From positions 1 through 41,412 of the IMG/VR virus record IMGVR_UViG_3300010429_000418: 41,412 bases of DNA, one strand, 5' to 3'. Below the pieces are notes generated by a model. It saw only the letters and a program-made list of their open reading frames with translations, did not search any database and had not been told where the DNA came from. The stretch is from a virus. This document shows positions 17,593 to 26,051 of this stretch, piece after piece. The position numbers and the translations under genes were made by a program. Each line of letters opens with the position of its first letter. Within the stretch, counting starts at the first letter, position 1.

Positions 17593-17958
17593 CTACTGGT
17601 AAAGTATGGTTACGTATCCACCTGTGGTGATAACAGCCGTTACACCAGTCTGGAATACAATACCATCTTCGCCAAAGTCATACCAATTACCGTCATACTG
17701 CGTCGCCTCTCCACCTTCCATCTTTACTTTGTCATTGGAGTTAGTATCACCAACTGTAGCACAATCGTAAAGAGCAAAGTAAGAAGATGCAGCCGAAGCC
17801 CAGAAGAATAACTTGTATACTGTGGCTCCGTGTCCGACCATTACGCCAGTCGCTATAACAGTCTTAGAAGATAACGGGCTATCCCTGTCTATCTTCGCAA
17901 ACGCTACACCCGATACCATCAACCCTATTACTACAAGAAGAGCAATAAGTCTTTTCAT
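17593..17958 (-). CDS. Sec-exported small beta-rich protein, paralog A
   Basis: Signal peptide MKRLIALLVVIGLMVSGVAFA|KIDR; paralogous to 17172..17534; immediately downstream of the capsid gene. Confidence 0.6.
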   Translation of the reverse strand: MKRLIALLVVIGLMVSGVAFAKIDRDSPLSSKTVIATGVMVGHGATVYKLFFWASAASSYFALYDCATVGDTNSNDKVKMEGGEATQYDGNWYDFGEDGIVFQTGVTAVITTGGYVTILYQ

Positions 17959-17970
17959 ATTAAGCCCTCC

Positions 17971-19290
17971 TTATATAGTGCCAGGATTATTGGCATAGGA
18001 TTTACAGAGCAAGTAGTTCTTCGCTACACTTGCCGTGTTCTTTATAGCAACCTGACCAAAGATGGCTTCTATACCGATACCATTCTCGAAGCCATAGTCA
18101 TACAACTGGGTAATCGGGCTGGGTTTCATACCCCAACCACGCACAGCGACTTCAGCGCCGAAACCTATCTGCGTGGAAACGTCCCTAAGCGTTACTAAAT
18201 CGCCAGCAGTATGGATAGCACCAGTCGTGCCATTCGCACCACGAGCGGATATGGTAAAGCCATAGACCGACTTCGCAGTATAGGTCAACTCTTCCGTGCC
18301 TATCTTCAACGTGCCTGTAGCGGGGAAGAACTTGGTAAAGTTCGTCTTGCCCGAAGCGCCGAGAGTTACATAGTTAGCGCCTGTCGTTGAAGCATCTATC
18401 GTGGAATAGAGCCTACCTTCAGGGCGAAGCGGGCTACCAAGGACATTGTTAGCCGACTTTACCGAGCGGTTGACATAGACTATACAGCCATTCCACATAC
18501 CGATAGCACCCGTGAAGAGCGGATTACCCGTGCCCCTGTCAGCGGCATAGAACTGGGCTTTCTTCCAGTCCTCATCACCCTTGAGCCAGTATTCGTCAAC
18601 TTCAGATATGACGATACCAAAAGCCTCAAGTTCCTCACCACTTGACATCTTCGAGGATATAGGCAACGCACCTTTCCTCTGGAGAGCCAACTTGATACGG
18701 TCTATCTCTTCGACACCGAACGTATCATTAGCACCAAGGCTGGCTTCTGTCGTAGCATCACCGGCATAGAGAGTATCAGGGGATTCAGTCGTGATTAACT
18801 GGTAGAACATCCCCTCATCTATGTAGCGGGACATCCAATCAGATAACCTCTGGCGTGCCACCTGAACTATGTCAAAGTTGACCCTGCGCTGGACGTTCTT
18901 TGTAAACGCTACCGCATTACGTATCCAGTCAACCGTAAGGTCGAACTGCGCCATAGCCAGTTTATCTTCACTACCCATCAATGATGTCTCACCCGTTACG
19001 CCTGAGGAGAAGAGGTCTGAAAGAACCTGGAAGTGAATGACATCTCCCGGCCCTTTCTCCAAATCGTCCTTGACTATAATGGGTTTACTGCTACCTTCCG
19101 CACCTTCAAAGCGTGAGCCCCAGAATGCCTTGCGTATACCGTCATTGTAGAGCCTCTTATTCCACAATGTGGGTATGGCGTAATCCAACTCGCCAGCACC
19201 TGAATTATAGGTCATAGTATTGAGTGTTGCCATACCTGACCTATGCTCAAACTTAAAGCAACGGAGGGTAGACCAAAGTTTGCGAAACAT
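17971..19290 (-). CDS. Major capsid protein (N4-gp56-type HK97 fold)
   Basis: A 439-aa ORF after the scaffold-like gene. The N-terminal region ...YAIPTLWNKRLYNDGIRKAFWGSRFEG...PIIVKDDLEKGPGDVIHFQVLSDL...GETSLMGSEDKLAMAQFDLTVDWIRNAV matches my recollection of the N4-gp56 capsid family. AGGAGG lies 9 nt upstream of ATG 19290; the alternative start MATLNTM is at 19233. Confidence 0.8.
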   Translation of the reverse strand: MFRKLWSTLRCFKFEHRSGMATLNTMTYNSGAGELDYAIPTLWNKRLYNDGIRKAFWGSRFEGAEGSSKPIIVKDDLEKGPGDVIHFQVLSDLFSSGVTGETSLMGSEDKLAMAQFDLTVDWIRNAVAFTKNVQRRVNFDIVQVARQRLSDWMSRYIDEGMFYQLITTESPDTLYAGDATTEASLGANDTFGVEEIDRIKLALQRKGALPISSKMSSGEELEAFGIVISEVDEYWLKGDEDWKKAQFYAADRGTGNPLFTGAIGMWNGCIVYVNRSVKSANNVLGSPLRPEGRLYSTIDASTTGANYVTLGASGKTNFTKFFPATGTLKIGTEELTYTAKSVYGFTISARGANGTTGAIHTAGDLVTLRDVSTQIGFGAEVAVRGWGMKPSPITQLYDYGFENGIGIEAIFGQVAIKNTASVAKNYLLCKSYANNPGTI

Positions 19291-19296
19291 TAGAAA

Positions 19297-20070
19297 CTAC
19301 CTCCTGTTGTTAATTTTCTGTTGAACCGTCCACGCATCATATGCGTCTTTCTGTTCATCAGACAACTTGTTATATGTTTCCTCGGTTAAGACCCCTGTTG
19401 GAGTATAACCGCCTGTAGCACGACCTGATACTGAAGTTGCCTGACCTTTCTTCGCTACTATTGCCTGCTTGTTAGGAGCCTGCTTGGATAACTGAGCATA
19501 AGCGGCGTCTACAGCAATTCTGTAAGCATAAGGCGTAGCAAGGATAAGCACTCCGCTATCATCTCTCGTTGCTAAACCACGCTCAAAGAGTATCTTATCC
19601 GCTAACTGGAATAACTCTGACTGCTGATTGTTCAAGTCAGGGTATTCCTTCAAGGTTTCTGCCCAGCAATCAGCGACTTGCTTTTGGTAAGCCGATTCTG
19701 ATTTCTGGGACTGGGCAAACTCATTCAAGTGATTCCTAATATACCACTTGATGGCAGCATCAGTTTCCTTATCAAAGAAGTCCTCATATCCACCCTTGTT
19801 AGGAGAAGGTTGAACAGGGGTTGCCCTATTCTGACCTTGGATACTCTGAACTATCTCCTGAAGTCTCTTAACTTCTGCCGCTAACCTCTTGCCCTCATTA
19901 CTGGACTCGCCATACAAACGCTCAAGTTCTTTGGGGTCTGATGTGCGACCAGCATAGAGATAAGGTTCTACCTGACCTTGTGCTTGTCCTGCTCCCTCCT
20001 GCCCTGCTACACCTGTGGCTTCCAGAGGTTCCTGTTCGGGAGTTGTCTGGGTTGCGCCATTAGGTTCCAT
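19297..20070 (-). CDS. Scaffolding protein candidate
   Basis: Lies between the portal and capsid genes. Low-complexity acidic/Gln-rich N-terminus and helical content. No protease motif. Confidence 0.55.
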   Translation of the reverse strand: MEPNGATQTTPEQEPLEATGVAGQEGAGQAQGQVEPYLYAGRTSDPKELERLYGESSNEGKRLAAEVKRLQEIVQSIQGQNRATPVQPSPNKGGYEDFFDKETDAAIKWYIRNHLNEFAQSQKSESAYQKQVADCWAETLKEYPDLNNQQSELFQLADKILFERGLATRDDSGVLILATPYAYRIAVDAAYAQLSKQAPNKQAIVAKKGQATSVSGRATGGYTPTGVLTEETYNKLSDEQKDAYDAWTVQQKINNRR

Positions 20071-20119
20071 TTACTGCTCCTTTGTATAGATAAGAGTGAA
20101 GTCCTGCGTGTTTGCAGGG

Positions 20120-20446
20120 TTATTCCTCGTTATCATATATCATTGACTTCTCTTCTACATCTTGTCTGTCTATCTTGTCCTTCTCTTCATCCGTCATCTT
20201 GTCATACTCGCCCTCATCTATCTCAGTAGTTGGTTCACACCCTCTTAATTCTACTTCATATCTTGCCCCTTCCTTCTCTTGACTAATACTTCTTAAGATA
20301 CCTATTACCTTGAGGGCAACTTTAGAGCCAATCTTCTTCTTGTCTAACTCAGGTATCTCATCTGAAGTCAAAGACATTGAAGGGTAATACATCTCAGATG
20401 ATTTAGCTACCGAAGTTTCTCCCATCTTCCTGCCTAACTTATACAT
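20120..20446 (-). CDS. Hypothetical head-module protein with an acidic tail
   Basis: ORF track; the C-terminus is highly acidic (EIDEGEYDKMTDEEKDKIDRQDVEE). Confidence 0.5.
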   Translation of the reverse strand: MYKLGRKMGETSVAKSSEMYYPSMSLTSDEIPELDKKKIGSKVALKVIGILRSISQEKEGARYEVELRGCEPTTEIDEGEYDKMTDEEKDKIDRQDVEEKSMIYDNEE

Positions 20447-20457
20447 ATCTCTCTCCT

Positions 20458-20706
20458 TTACTTTGTCCTTGACCTTATTTCCATCTGTTTGGGTAAATCA
20501 TATGCTAACTTCAAACCCTTTTTAATCAACTGAAGGCGCTTAAGCCCATCACCATCTATATTATCATTATCCATATCAACTTCATATGAAGTAATAATCT
20601 TCTTTAACTCTTCTGCATATGCTTTCCAGCCAGGAGTATTAGAGATGCGATACCATTCTGCATATGCCTCCCTTATCTTCTCATTAGCCATTAGGAAGAG
20701 CCCCAC
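20458..20706 (-). CDS. Hypothetical head-module protein (82 aa)
   Basis: ORF track; overlaps the portal 3' end; the probable true start is MANEKIRE at 20691. Confidence 0.5.
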   Translation of the reverse strand: MGLFLMANEKIREAYAEWYRISNTPGWKAYAEELKKIITSYEVDMDNDNIDGDGLKRLQLIKKGLKLAYDLPKQMEIRSRTK

Positions 20707-22636
20707 TTTCTACTGCTTTGACTTGCGGTTGAGATTCAAGAGGACGCTGTTCTTTAGGAGTCTGCTGGACTTGTTTTGCCTGCATCTCCTGCAAGGTCAA
20801 TGCCAGTTGTTCCCTCTGCTTGGCTTCCACTTCCTCTATCGTAGGCAACTTCACATTCCGCATATCAATAGAACGGAAGAAGTTCTGCGTTACTACCCTC
20901 ATCACATTGTTGTCTATAAAAGGATTCTTTTGGTAAGAGTTCATAGCAGTAGTATAGGCATCACTGGCACGTTTCTGCTCTACCTCTCTATTGATATTGA
21001 CTGAATTACCTACTGCCTCAAAATCAAACGCCCCGCCCCACTTGCTTTGGCTAATCTTCTTGAACGGGTTAGAGGTCTGCTCTGTCAAGTAATAGATGAA
21101 ATCATCAGTCATATAGTCAGCATTCAAGTCTACAATGAACTCGTATAACTCCTCGTTAACATCCTGTAACGCCCTAATCATATCATCGAACTTGACATTA
21201 CCCTCGCCTATGATTGAAAGGATACCAGTCGCTGTCCTCTGGTTGCCTGTATCTTGCCCTAACGAGTAATCAGATACCCCAAATAACTTCTGAACCATAC
21301 CAAGCAGGAACTCCATCTTGGAGAACTCCATCTGCTCGCTCTTCGGAAGTTCAAGAACACCAAACCCGTCAGGATTATCAGTAGGCAACTTGCACCCTGG
21401 ACCAAACGGGTTCTCGTCGGCATCATAGTTAAGGGGAACCTTGATAGGCGGGTTATTAGTAATTGAACCCCTGTCTATCATCTGGTTGAATATAGCGTCC
21501 ACAAGGTTGCGGATACCAATAAGGAACTCTGGGACACCTTTGCCATAGAATGACCCCTCCATAGGTATAATCTGGTAATGGAAGAACGGTCTCTTAGGAT
21601 ACGGAGTAATCATCCATCCAAGTAACTTGTCATTCTTATAATCTGTCTCGACATTATTGACAAAAGGACGTGCCAAGAATGCTACTATCTCTTCTTCTAA
21701 CCCGTCTCCATTTATATCATATCCCCCGTGCCATTCAGAGATTAAGACTTTGGCAAACTGGGACTTATCTGTTCCAACCGCTTTCCCTTGCACATCTTGT
21801 TCAAGTTCCGTTATTACCGCCTCATTGAACTTACCCTCTGCGGGGTCGCCTATACGTTTCTTAAGCCAGTCTATAGTCCTTAAGTATTCATCATCTACCC
21901 AATCAAGGTCTTGAATGTCGGCAGTATCAGCATCTTTAGGTATAATGAAGTTCTTGAGAGAACGAGGATAGATGCGAGGGCTGTCATATATTTTGACCTG
22001 CTCACTTGTAATCTCCTTTGATACCTGATAGACATTACCCATCTCATCAGGCTGAGGCTGGAACTCTTTATCTACCTCTAACGGCTCCCCTGTCTCTGGA
22101 TTAGGAACTTTCTGCCCTGTCATAGGGTCTACCAAGAAATACTTGGTCTTATTGACTACTTTGTAGTCCTCTTCCCATACACACTTGGCAATCCCATCCC
22201 CATTCATAGCAGTAGACTTAAAGACCAGTTTCATAGACCTGTATATATGCATCTTTGTTGATACTTGGAAGTTGAGGGCATCTTGGACTTGTTCGGCATC
22301 AACTAAATCACTCTCTCCCCTGCCTCTTACCCAAACAATAGGCTTGGCTCCATAGCAGACTTTAAGGAATCTTGGTAGAAGCCCCTCAATAGTGAATGCC
22401 TCTAAGGGTATGCCAATATCAGAGCAATCGTCCCACGGCTCATTCTTAGGAGCTGACTTGGCATCGTCTCCCCAACCCATAAGACCAGAGATGCTTCTCT
22501 TTGCCTCGTATCTCTTGACAAAGCCATCTACTTTATCAAAGTGAGACGCCCACTTCCTCTTGCCGTCGTCTATCCACTTGGCAATAGAGTCCTTCATCTT
22601 TACTTCATCTAACTGAAATATCTTGTCCTCTGCCAT
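20684..22636 (-). CDS. Portal protein
   Basis: A 650-aa ORF downstream of the terminase genes and upstream of scaffold and capsid. The segment PWDDCSDIGIPLEAFTIEGLLPRF resembles the conserved N-terminal portal motif of T7/N4-type connectors (recollection only). Confidence 0.7.
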   Translation of the reverse strand: MAEDKIFQLDEVKMKDSIAKWIDDGKRKWASHFDKVDGFVKRYEAKRSISGLMGWGDDAKSAPKNEPWDDCSDIGIPLEAFTIEGLLPRFLKVCYGAKPIVWVRGRGESDLVDAEQVQDALNFQVSTKMHIYRSMKLVFKSTAMNGDGIAKCVWEEDYKVVNKTKYFLVDPMTGQKVPNPETGEPLEVDKEFQPQPDEMGNVYQVSKEITSEQVKIYDSPRIYPRSLKNFIIPKDADTADIQDLDWVDDEYLRTIDWLKKRIGDPAEGKFNEAVITELEQDVQGKAVGTDKSQFAKVLISEWHGGYDINGDGLEEEIVAFLARPFVNNVETDYKNDKLLGWMITPYPKRPFFHYQIIPMEGSFYGKGVPEFLIGIRNLVDAIFNQMIDRGSITNNPPIKVPLNYDADENPFGPGCKLPTDNPDGFGVLELPKSEQMEFSKMEFLLGMVQKLFGVSDYSLGQDTGNQRTATGILSIIGEGNVKFDDMIRALQDVNEELYEFIVDLNADYMTDDFIYYLTEQTSNPFKKISQSKWGGAFDFEAVGNSVNINREVEQKRASDAYTTAMNSYQKNPFIDNNVMRVVTQNFFRSIDMRNVKLPTIEEVEAKQREQLALTLQEMQAKQVQQTPKEQRPLESQPQVKAVESGALPNG

Positions 22637-22637
22637 C

Positions 22638-22763
22638 TTATCTCTTTCTTACCTGATTGGAGCCAAGTCCTGCTTCACTCATACCAATAGCAATCGCCTG
22701 TTGCCTATTCTTTACTATGTCCCCTGAACCTGAATGGAGTGTACCACGACTAAACTCCTTCAT
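22638..22763 (-). CDS. DUF6496-like small protein, apparently N-terminally truncated or frame-disrupted
   Basis: Not in the ORF track. MKEFSRGTLHSGSGDIVKNRQQAIAIGMSEAGLGSNQVRKR carries the ...EFK.G.L.SGSG..V..R.QAIAIG.SEA signature. The open frame continues upstream (NVLGAGAKARRHLSGQDKVHAV) without any start codon. Confidence 0.5.
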   Translation of the reverse strand: MKEFSRGTLHSGSGDIVKNRQQAIAIGMSEAGLGSNQVRKR

Positions 22764-22940
22764 TACAGCGTGAACTTTGTCTTGTCCACTAAGATGTCTC
22801 CTTGCCTTTGCCCCTGCTCCAAGAACATTTTGGGTGCTTCATAGCCCTATCTATCTTATCCATCATTATCCTCTGGTGGAAGCCTTTTTATTGGATTTAA
22901 CGTGCCAGCAGGATCTCCCTTAACCTGCCACGAGTATCCC

Positions 22941-23240
22941 TTAATGTTTCTTTCTCTTATTCAAGAAATTCCTTATGGAACCAAGCCCACTCGCTACTTG
23001 TATCTTCGGCTTCTCCTCATAATTAGTGTTCTTGACTATATCTTTGCAGTATTCGAGGATACCTACTGCCATCAATTTATTGTGGTAGAACTCAGGACAA
23101 GCATCTAACATTACCCTGCCGTCCCTAATCCAAATCTCTGCTATCTTATTGTCATTGGACTTTACAGGTTCAGAGGGTTCAGTTTTGGTTTCTGTCTTGA
23201 CTTCCTCTTTCTGCTCTTTCTGTCCTATTGTTTCTACCAT
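22941..23240 (-). CDS. Hypothetical protein (99 aa)
   Basis: ORF track; same strand; GAGGAGAAC RBS upstream. Confidence 0.5.
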   Translation of the reverse strand: MVETIGQKEQKEEVKTETKTEPSEPVKSNDNKIAEIWIRDGRVMLDACPEFYHNKLMAVGILEYCKDIVKNTNYEEKPKIQVASGLGSIRNFLNKRKKH

Positions 23241-23256
23241 TCAGTTCTCCTCTTGG

Positions 23257-24927
23257 TTAATATCCTGACAATCCCTTATGATGCTTCTTTACCACCCTCT
23301 TATATGACTTCTGCTTATACGGGTTCTCTCCCCTGACATAACAAGCAATAGCACAACTCATTACCAAGTCATCATTCTTGCCTTTCTCGGCTTCAGGCTG
23401 ACCCCTTTTAAGGTTATTGACAAAAGTATAACACTGGTTTACCAATTCCCTGTCATTAAGGGTTAAGTTATCCTCTGTAATCTCTTCTTTCATCTGCGAG
23501 AGTATCATTGGTCTTGTAACACTATTAGTATTAAACCCTATATCAAGCGTGGGCTCATTAAAGCCCTTCTTGGTCTTAACCTTCCTATAGACCCTGCCAT
23601 ACTTTCTGTATAGCCCCTGATTAACGCTGAATCCATAGCCCTTATTCTCGACTGCCAACAATGCCTCATTGTAGAAGTTCCCTAACTTGATTAAATCTTC
23701 CTCAAACTTATCAGGGGACACATTGTGGTTATATGTCGCTACCACACTATTAGTTCTCTTGTTAAGGAATACTGCCGCACATTTGTCCCTATTCTCGAGA
23801 CCTTCTGCACAATCACCAGCCCCGCAGTATTCTTCCAACCTCTTGGGGAACTCGTATATGTTAAATAAGCCAACAGGGTTTTCCCTGAAGATATACCTGC
23901 CGTCTTCCTTGACTATATTGCCTACCATTGGCTTGACTACTTGCTGTCTTCCAAGGGCTTCCTTGTCAAAGAAAAGGTCTCCTGTAGACACGAATGCTTC
24001 AATGTCAGTAATAGGATACTCTTGGGAGAACTGAAGTAGGGAGCCATTACAGTTGTTGACTATGCACCACCTACGCCAGTTAAGTTGCTCATCAGTAAGC
24101 CCATACTCTTTCTTAATCCTTCTCTCGTCCTCAAGGAACTTGTCTTTGCCATCTGCAGTAACGAACTTAATGCCTTCTATAGGATACCAGCCCATATTCA
24201 TAGGTCTGCTGTATTCCTCTACTTCAAACCAAGGAATGAATAGTGTTTCCCAGTCTGAGTTTCCTGCCTTGCACTCTACCCACTTGTCATAGAACTGGTT
24301 GCCAATGCCATTGGCCGTAGTCTCACCTATAATCATAGTCCCTGGAAGATTAGGAACGGCTTGATTTAATCCGAGGAGTAACTTCTCTAAGTCAGGATAG
24401 AACGCACACTCTGTCAAATGGGCTAACCTGAAGGTATAGGAACGCCCCGCTTCAACATTATCTGCCGTGTCTACGAGTATCTGTGAGTGTATAGAGGCAA
24501 ACTCTAACTTCTTCTCATTGGAGTGCTTGACCTGTGGCTTAAGGTGAGGAGCTAACTCCTCGTGGTATATCTTCTGCATACCAAAAGCATAGTTCGCCCC
24601 GTCTACATCCCTTGACATTACTAATGAGTTAGTAGCGGGCTTCTGGGAAGAATAAGCATACAAGATTGCTTCAATGAGTGTAGTGCATCCTGCTTGCCTC
24701 GCCTTGAGTATCCATAACCTTATGGGCTTACCCTTGGCAAGGAGTTCCTTAATCTTCGTAAGAATCTTCTTCTGGGTAGAATTAAGGGTAAGAGGAAGCA
24801 GCTGCCCTGCCTTTGTCCTGATAGTAAGCAGATTGTCCTCAACAATAAGCAAAGGATTGGTCTCGACGGCTATCTTATCGGCAACCAAGAGTTCCTTATC
24901 GCTTAATTGTTCTGCTACTGTCGGCAT
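23257..24927 (-). CDS. terL: Terminase large subunit
   Basis: A 556-aa ORF after the small terminase. The deviant P-loop KARQAGCT has the same spacing as lambda gpA KSARVGYS. The C-terminal nuclease-type GKNDDLVMSCAIA motif is present. Confidence 0.85.
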   Translation of the reverse strand: MPTVAEQLSDKELLVADKIAVETNPLLIVEDNLLTIRTKAGQLLPLTLNSTQKKILTKIKELLAKGKPIRLWILKARQAGCTTLIEAILYAYSSQKPATNSLVMSRDVDGANYAFGMQKIYHEELAPHLKPQVKHSNEKKLEFASIHSQILVDTADNVEAGRSYTFRLAHLTECAFYPDLEKLLLGLNQAVPNLPGTMIIGETTANGIGNQFYDKWVECKAGNSDWETLFIPWFEVEEYSRPMNMGWYPIEGIKFVTADGKDKFLEDERRIKKEYGLTDEQLNWRRWCIVNNCNGSLLQFSQEYPITDIEAFVSTGDLFFDKEALGRQQVVKPMVGNIVKEDGRYIFRENPVGLFNIYEFPKRLEEYCGAGDCAEGLENRDKCAAVFLNKRTNSVVATYNHNVSPDKFEEDLIKLGNFYNEALLAVENKGYGFSVNQGLYRKYGRVYRKVKTKKGFNEPTLDIGFNTNSVTRPMILSQMKEEITEDNLTLNDRELVNQCYTFVNNLKRGQPEAEKGKNDDLVMSCAIACYVRGENPYKQKSYKRVVKKHHKGLSGY

Positions 24928-25011
24928 ATTTGCTATAACCTTTTCTGCTTACTCTGCCACTACCTATGACACAAGTGCGTTTTAAAACGAGACAAAAATT
25001 ACTGTGGGGGC

Positions 25012-25581
25012 TTACCCCCCGTTTTCTTCCTTCTTGCCAATCCCCCCCTCCGCCCTCTCGTCTGCAATAGCACCAGTATCATTGCTGGGCTTGTCTGCTG
25101 TGCTATTAGCTGATAGTGTTGATGGAGTGGCTGAACTTGTTGAGGGCTGACTTACTGAAAGGTCATTGGACTTAATAGGCTTCGAGATATCAATGCCGAG
25201 TTGCTTCAACCTGTTAATGACTGCGTTCTTCTGCTCTATAGTTAATACTCCGACGGACTCAACCTTGCTTCTGTCGATGAACATTGCCTCGCAACGTCCT
25301 TCCATCTCGCAGAACCTTGCAAAGTTAGTATAATCACCCTTCTCAAATGTTCTGCGTTTACCAAGTTCGATGTCTTTACGAACACTACCTGGAGTCCAAG
25401 CAACTTCGCCTATCTCTGCCAATAACTCTTGCATGCCACGTTTCTCCACGATATTTTTTCCTGCATTTGTTGCAGTATTCTCGCTATAGCCTGCTTCCAA
25501 GGCCGCTCTATAGGCATTGCCGTGATTTCTAACGTAGGCAGATGCGAACTTCTTCTGTTTGTAACTTGGGCGCTTTTTCAT
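25012..25581 (-). CDS. terS: Terminase small subunit (Terminase_2 / P27 family)
   Basis: KQKKFASAYVRNHGNAYRAALEAGYSENTATNAGKNIVEKRGMQELL is the classic Terminase_2 N-terminal HTH signature. Start trimmed to MKKRPS (AGGA 9 nt upstream); the ORF-track start is 25617. Confidence 0.85.
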   Translation of the reverse strand: MKKRPSYKQKKFASAYVRNHGNAYRAALEAGYSENTATNAGKNIVEKRGMQELLAEIGEVAWTPGSVRKDIELGKRRTFEKGDYTNFARFCEMEGRCEAMFIDRSKVESVGVLTIEQKNAVINRLKQLGIDISKPIKSNDLSVSQPSTSSATPSTLSANSTADKPSNDTGAIADERAEGGIGKKEENGG

Positions 25582-25716
25582 CAAAATTATCCTAAGTGTC
25601 TGGTAATTATATGGCAATCCTGTATTGCTCTTGTTTCTTCACAAAGTAGACATTTCATATTTTGATATTATTTACCTTAATTATTCCTTACTAATAGCAA
25701 ATTAATCCCTATAGTC

Positions 25717-25911
25717 CTACGCCGCTATTCCCAGCCGTTTGCACTCCATATTCTTCCTTAACTTGCGTTCAAATGCCTCTTCTGCCTCTATTGAGAACTC
25801 GCCCTTATTGCCCAGATAATCGGCTGTCAGGCGGTCTGCTGTCTTTTTAGCGAACCTATGCCAGATAACTCCATAAGTAGTGAGGTAGCCGAAACGATTT
25901 AGTTTACCCAT
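25717..25911 (-). CDS. Hypothetical protein (64 aa); first gene of the leftward arm
   Basis: ORF track; begins about 16 nt downstream of the predicted leftward transcription start; no clear SD. Confidence 0.45.
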   Translation of the reverse strand: MGKLNRFGYLTTYGVIWHRFAKKTADRLTADYLGNKGEFSIEAEEAFERKLRKNMECKRLGIAA

Positions 25912-25933
25912 ATATATAGTTGCCTATAGTATA

Positions 25934-25962
25934 ATGATACACTATTAAGCCTCATTTGTCAA
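25934..25962 (-). promoter_or_regulatory. Leftward promoter (TTGACA-17-TATCAT), copy 1 of a conserved phage promoter motif
   Basis: The minus strand reads ctcTTGACAaatgaggcttaatagtgTATCATtatact. It shares CTCTTGACAAA and ATAGTGTATCATTA blocks, at identical spacing, with the site at 31074-31102. Confidence 0.6.
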
Positions 25963-26000
25963 GAGTATGTTGTTGTTGAGTAGTAATTTCTCGTTATAAA

Positions 26001-26031
26001 TGGGTATAAACAATTCATTAAATTATACCCA
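26001..26031. promoter_or_regulatory. 9-bp perfect palindrome arms (TGGGTATAA / TTATACCCA, 13-nt spacer) between the divergent promoters; operator candidate
   Basis: Read directly at 26001-26009 and 26023-26031. The stem is AT-rich and there is no convincing T-run, so an operator seems more likely than a terminator. Confidence 0.3.
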
Positions 26032-26051
26032 AAAATCATTAATTATTCTAC

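Noticed and set aside
23257-24927. Large terminase lacks the usual GK(T/S) Walker A lysine (ARQAGCTT), suggesting a pseudogene
   Set aside because: The ORF is intact and full length. The preceding Lys gives K-x4-G-x-T, the same deviant P-loop layout as lambda gpA (KSARVGYS).
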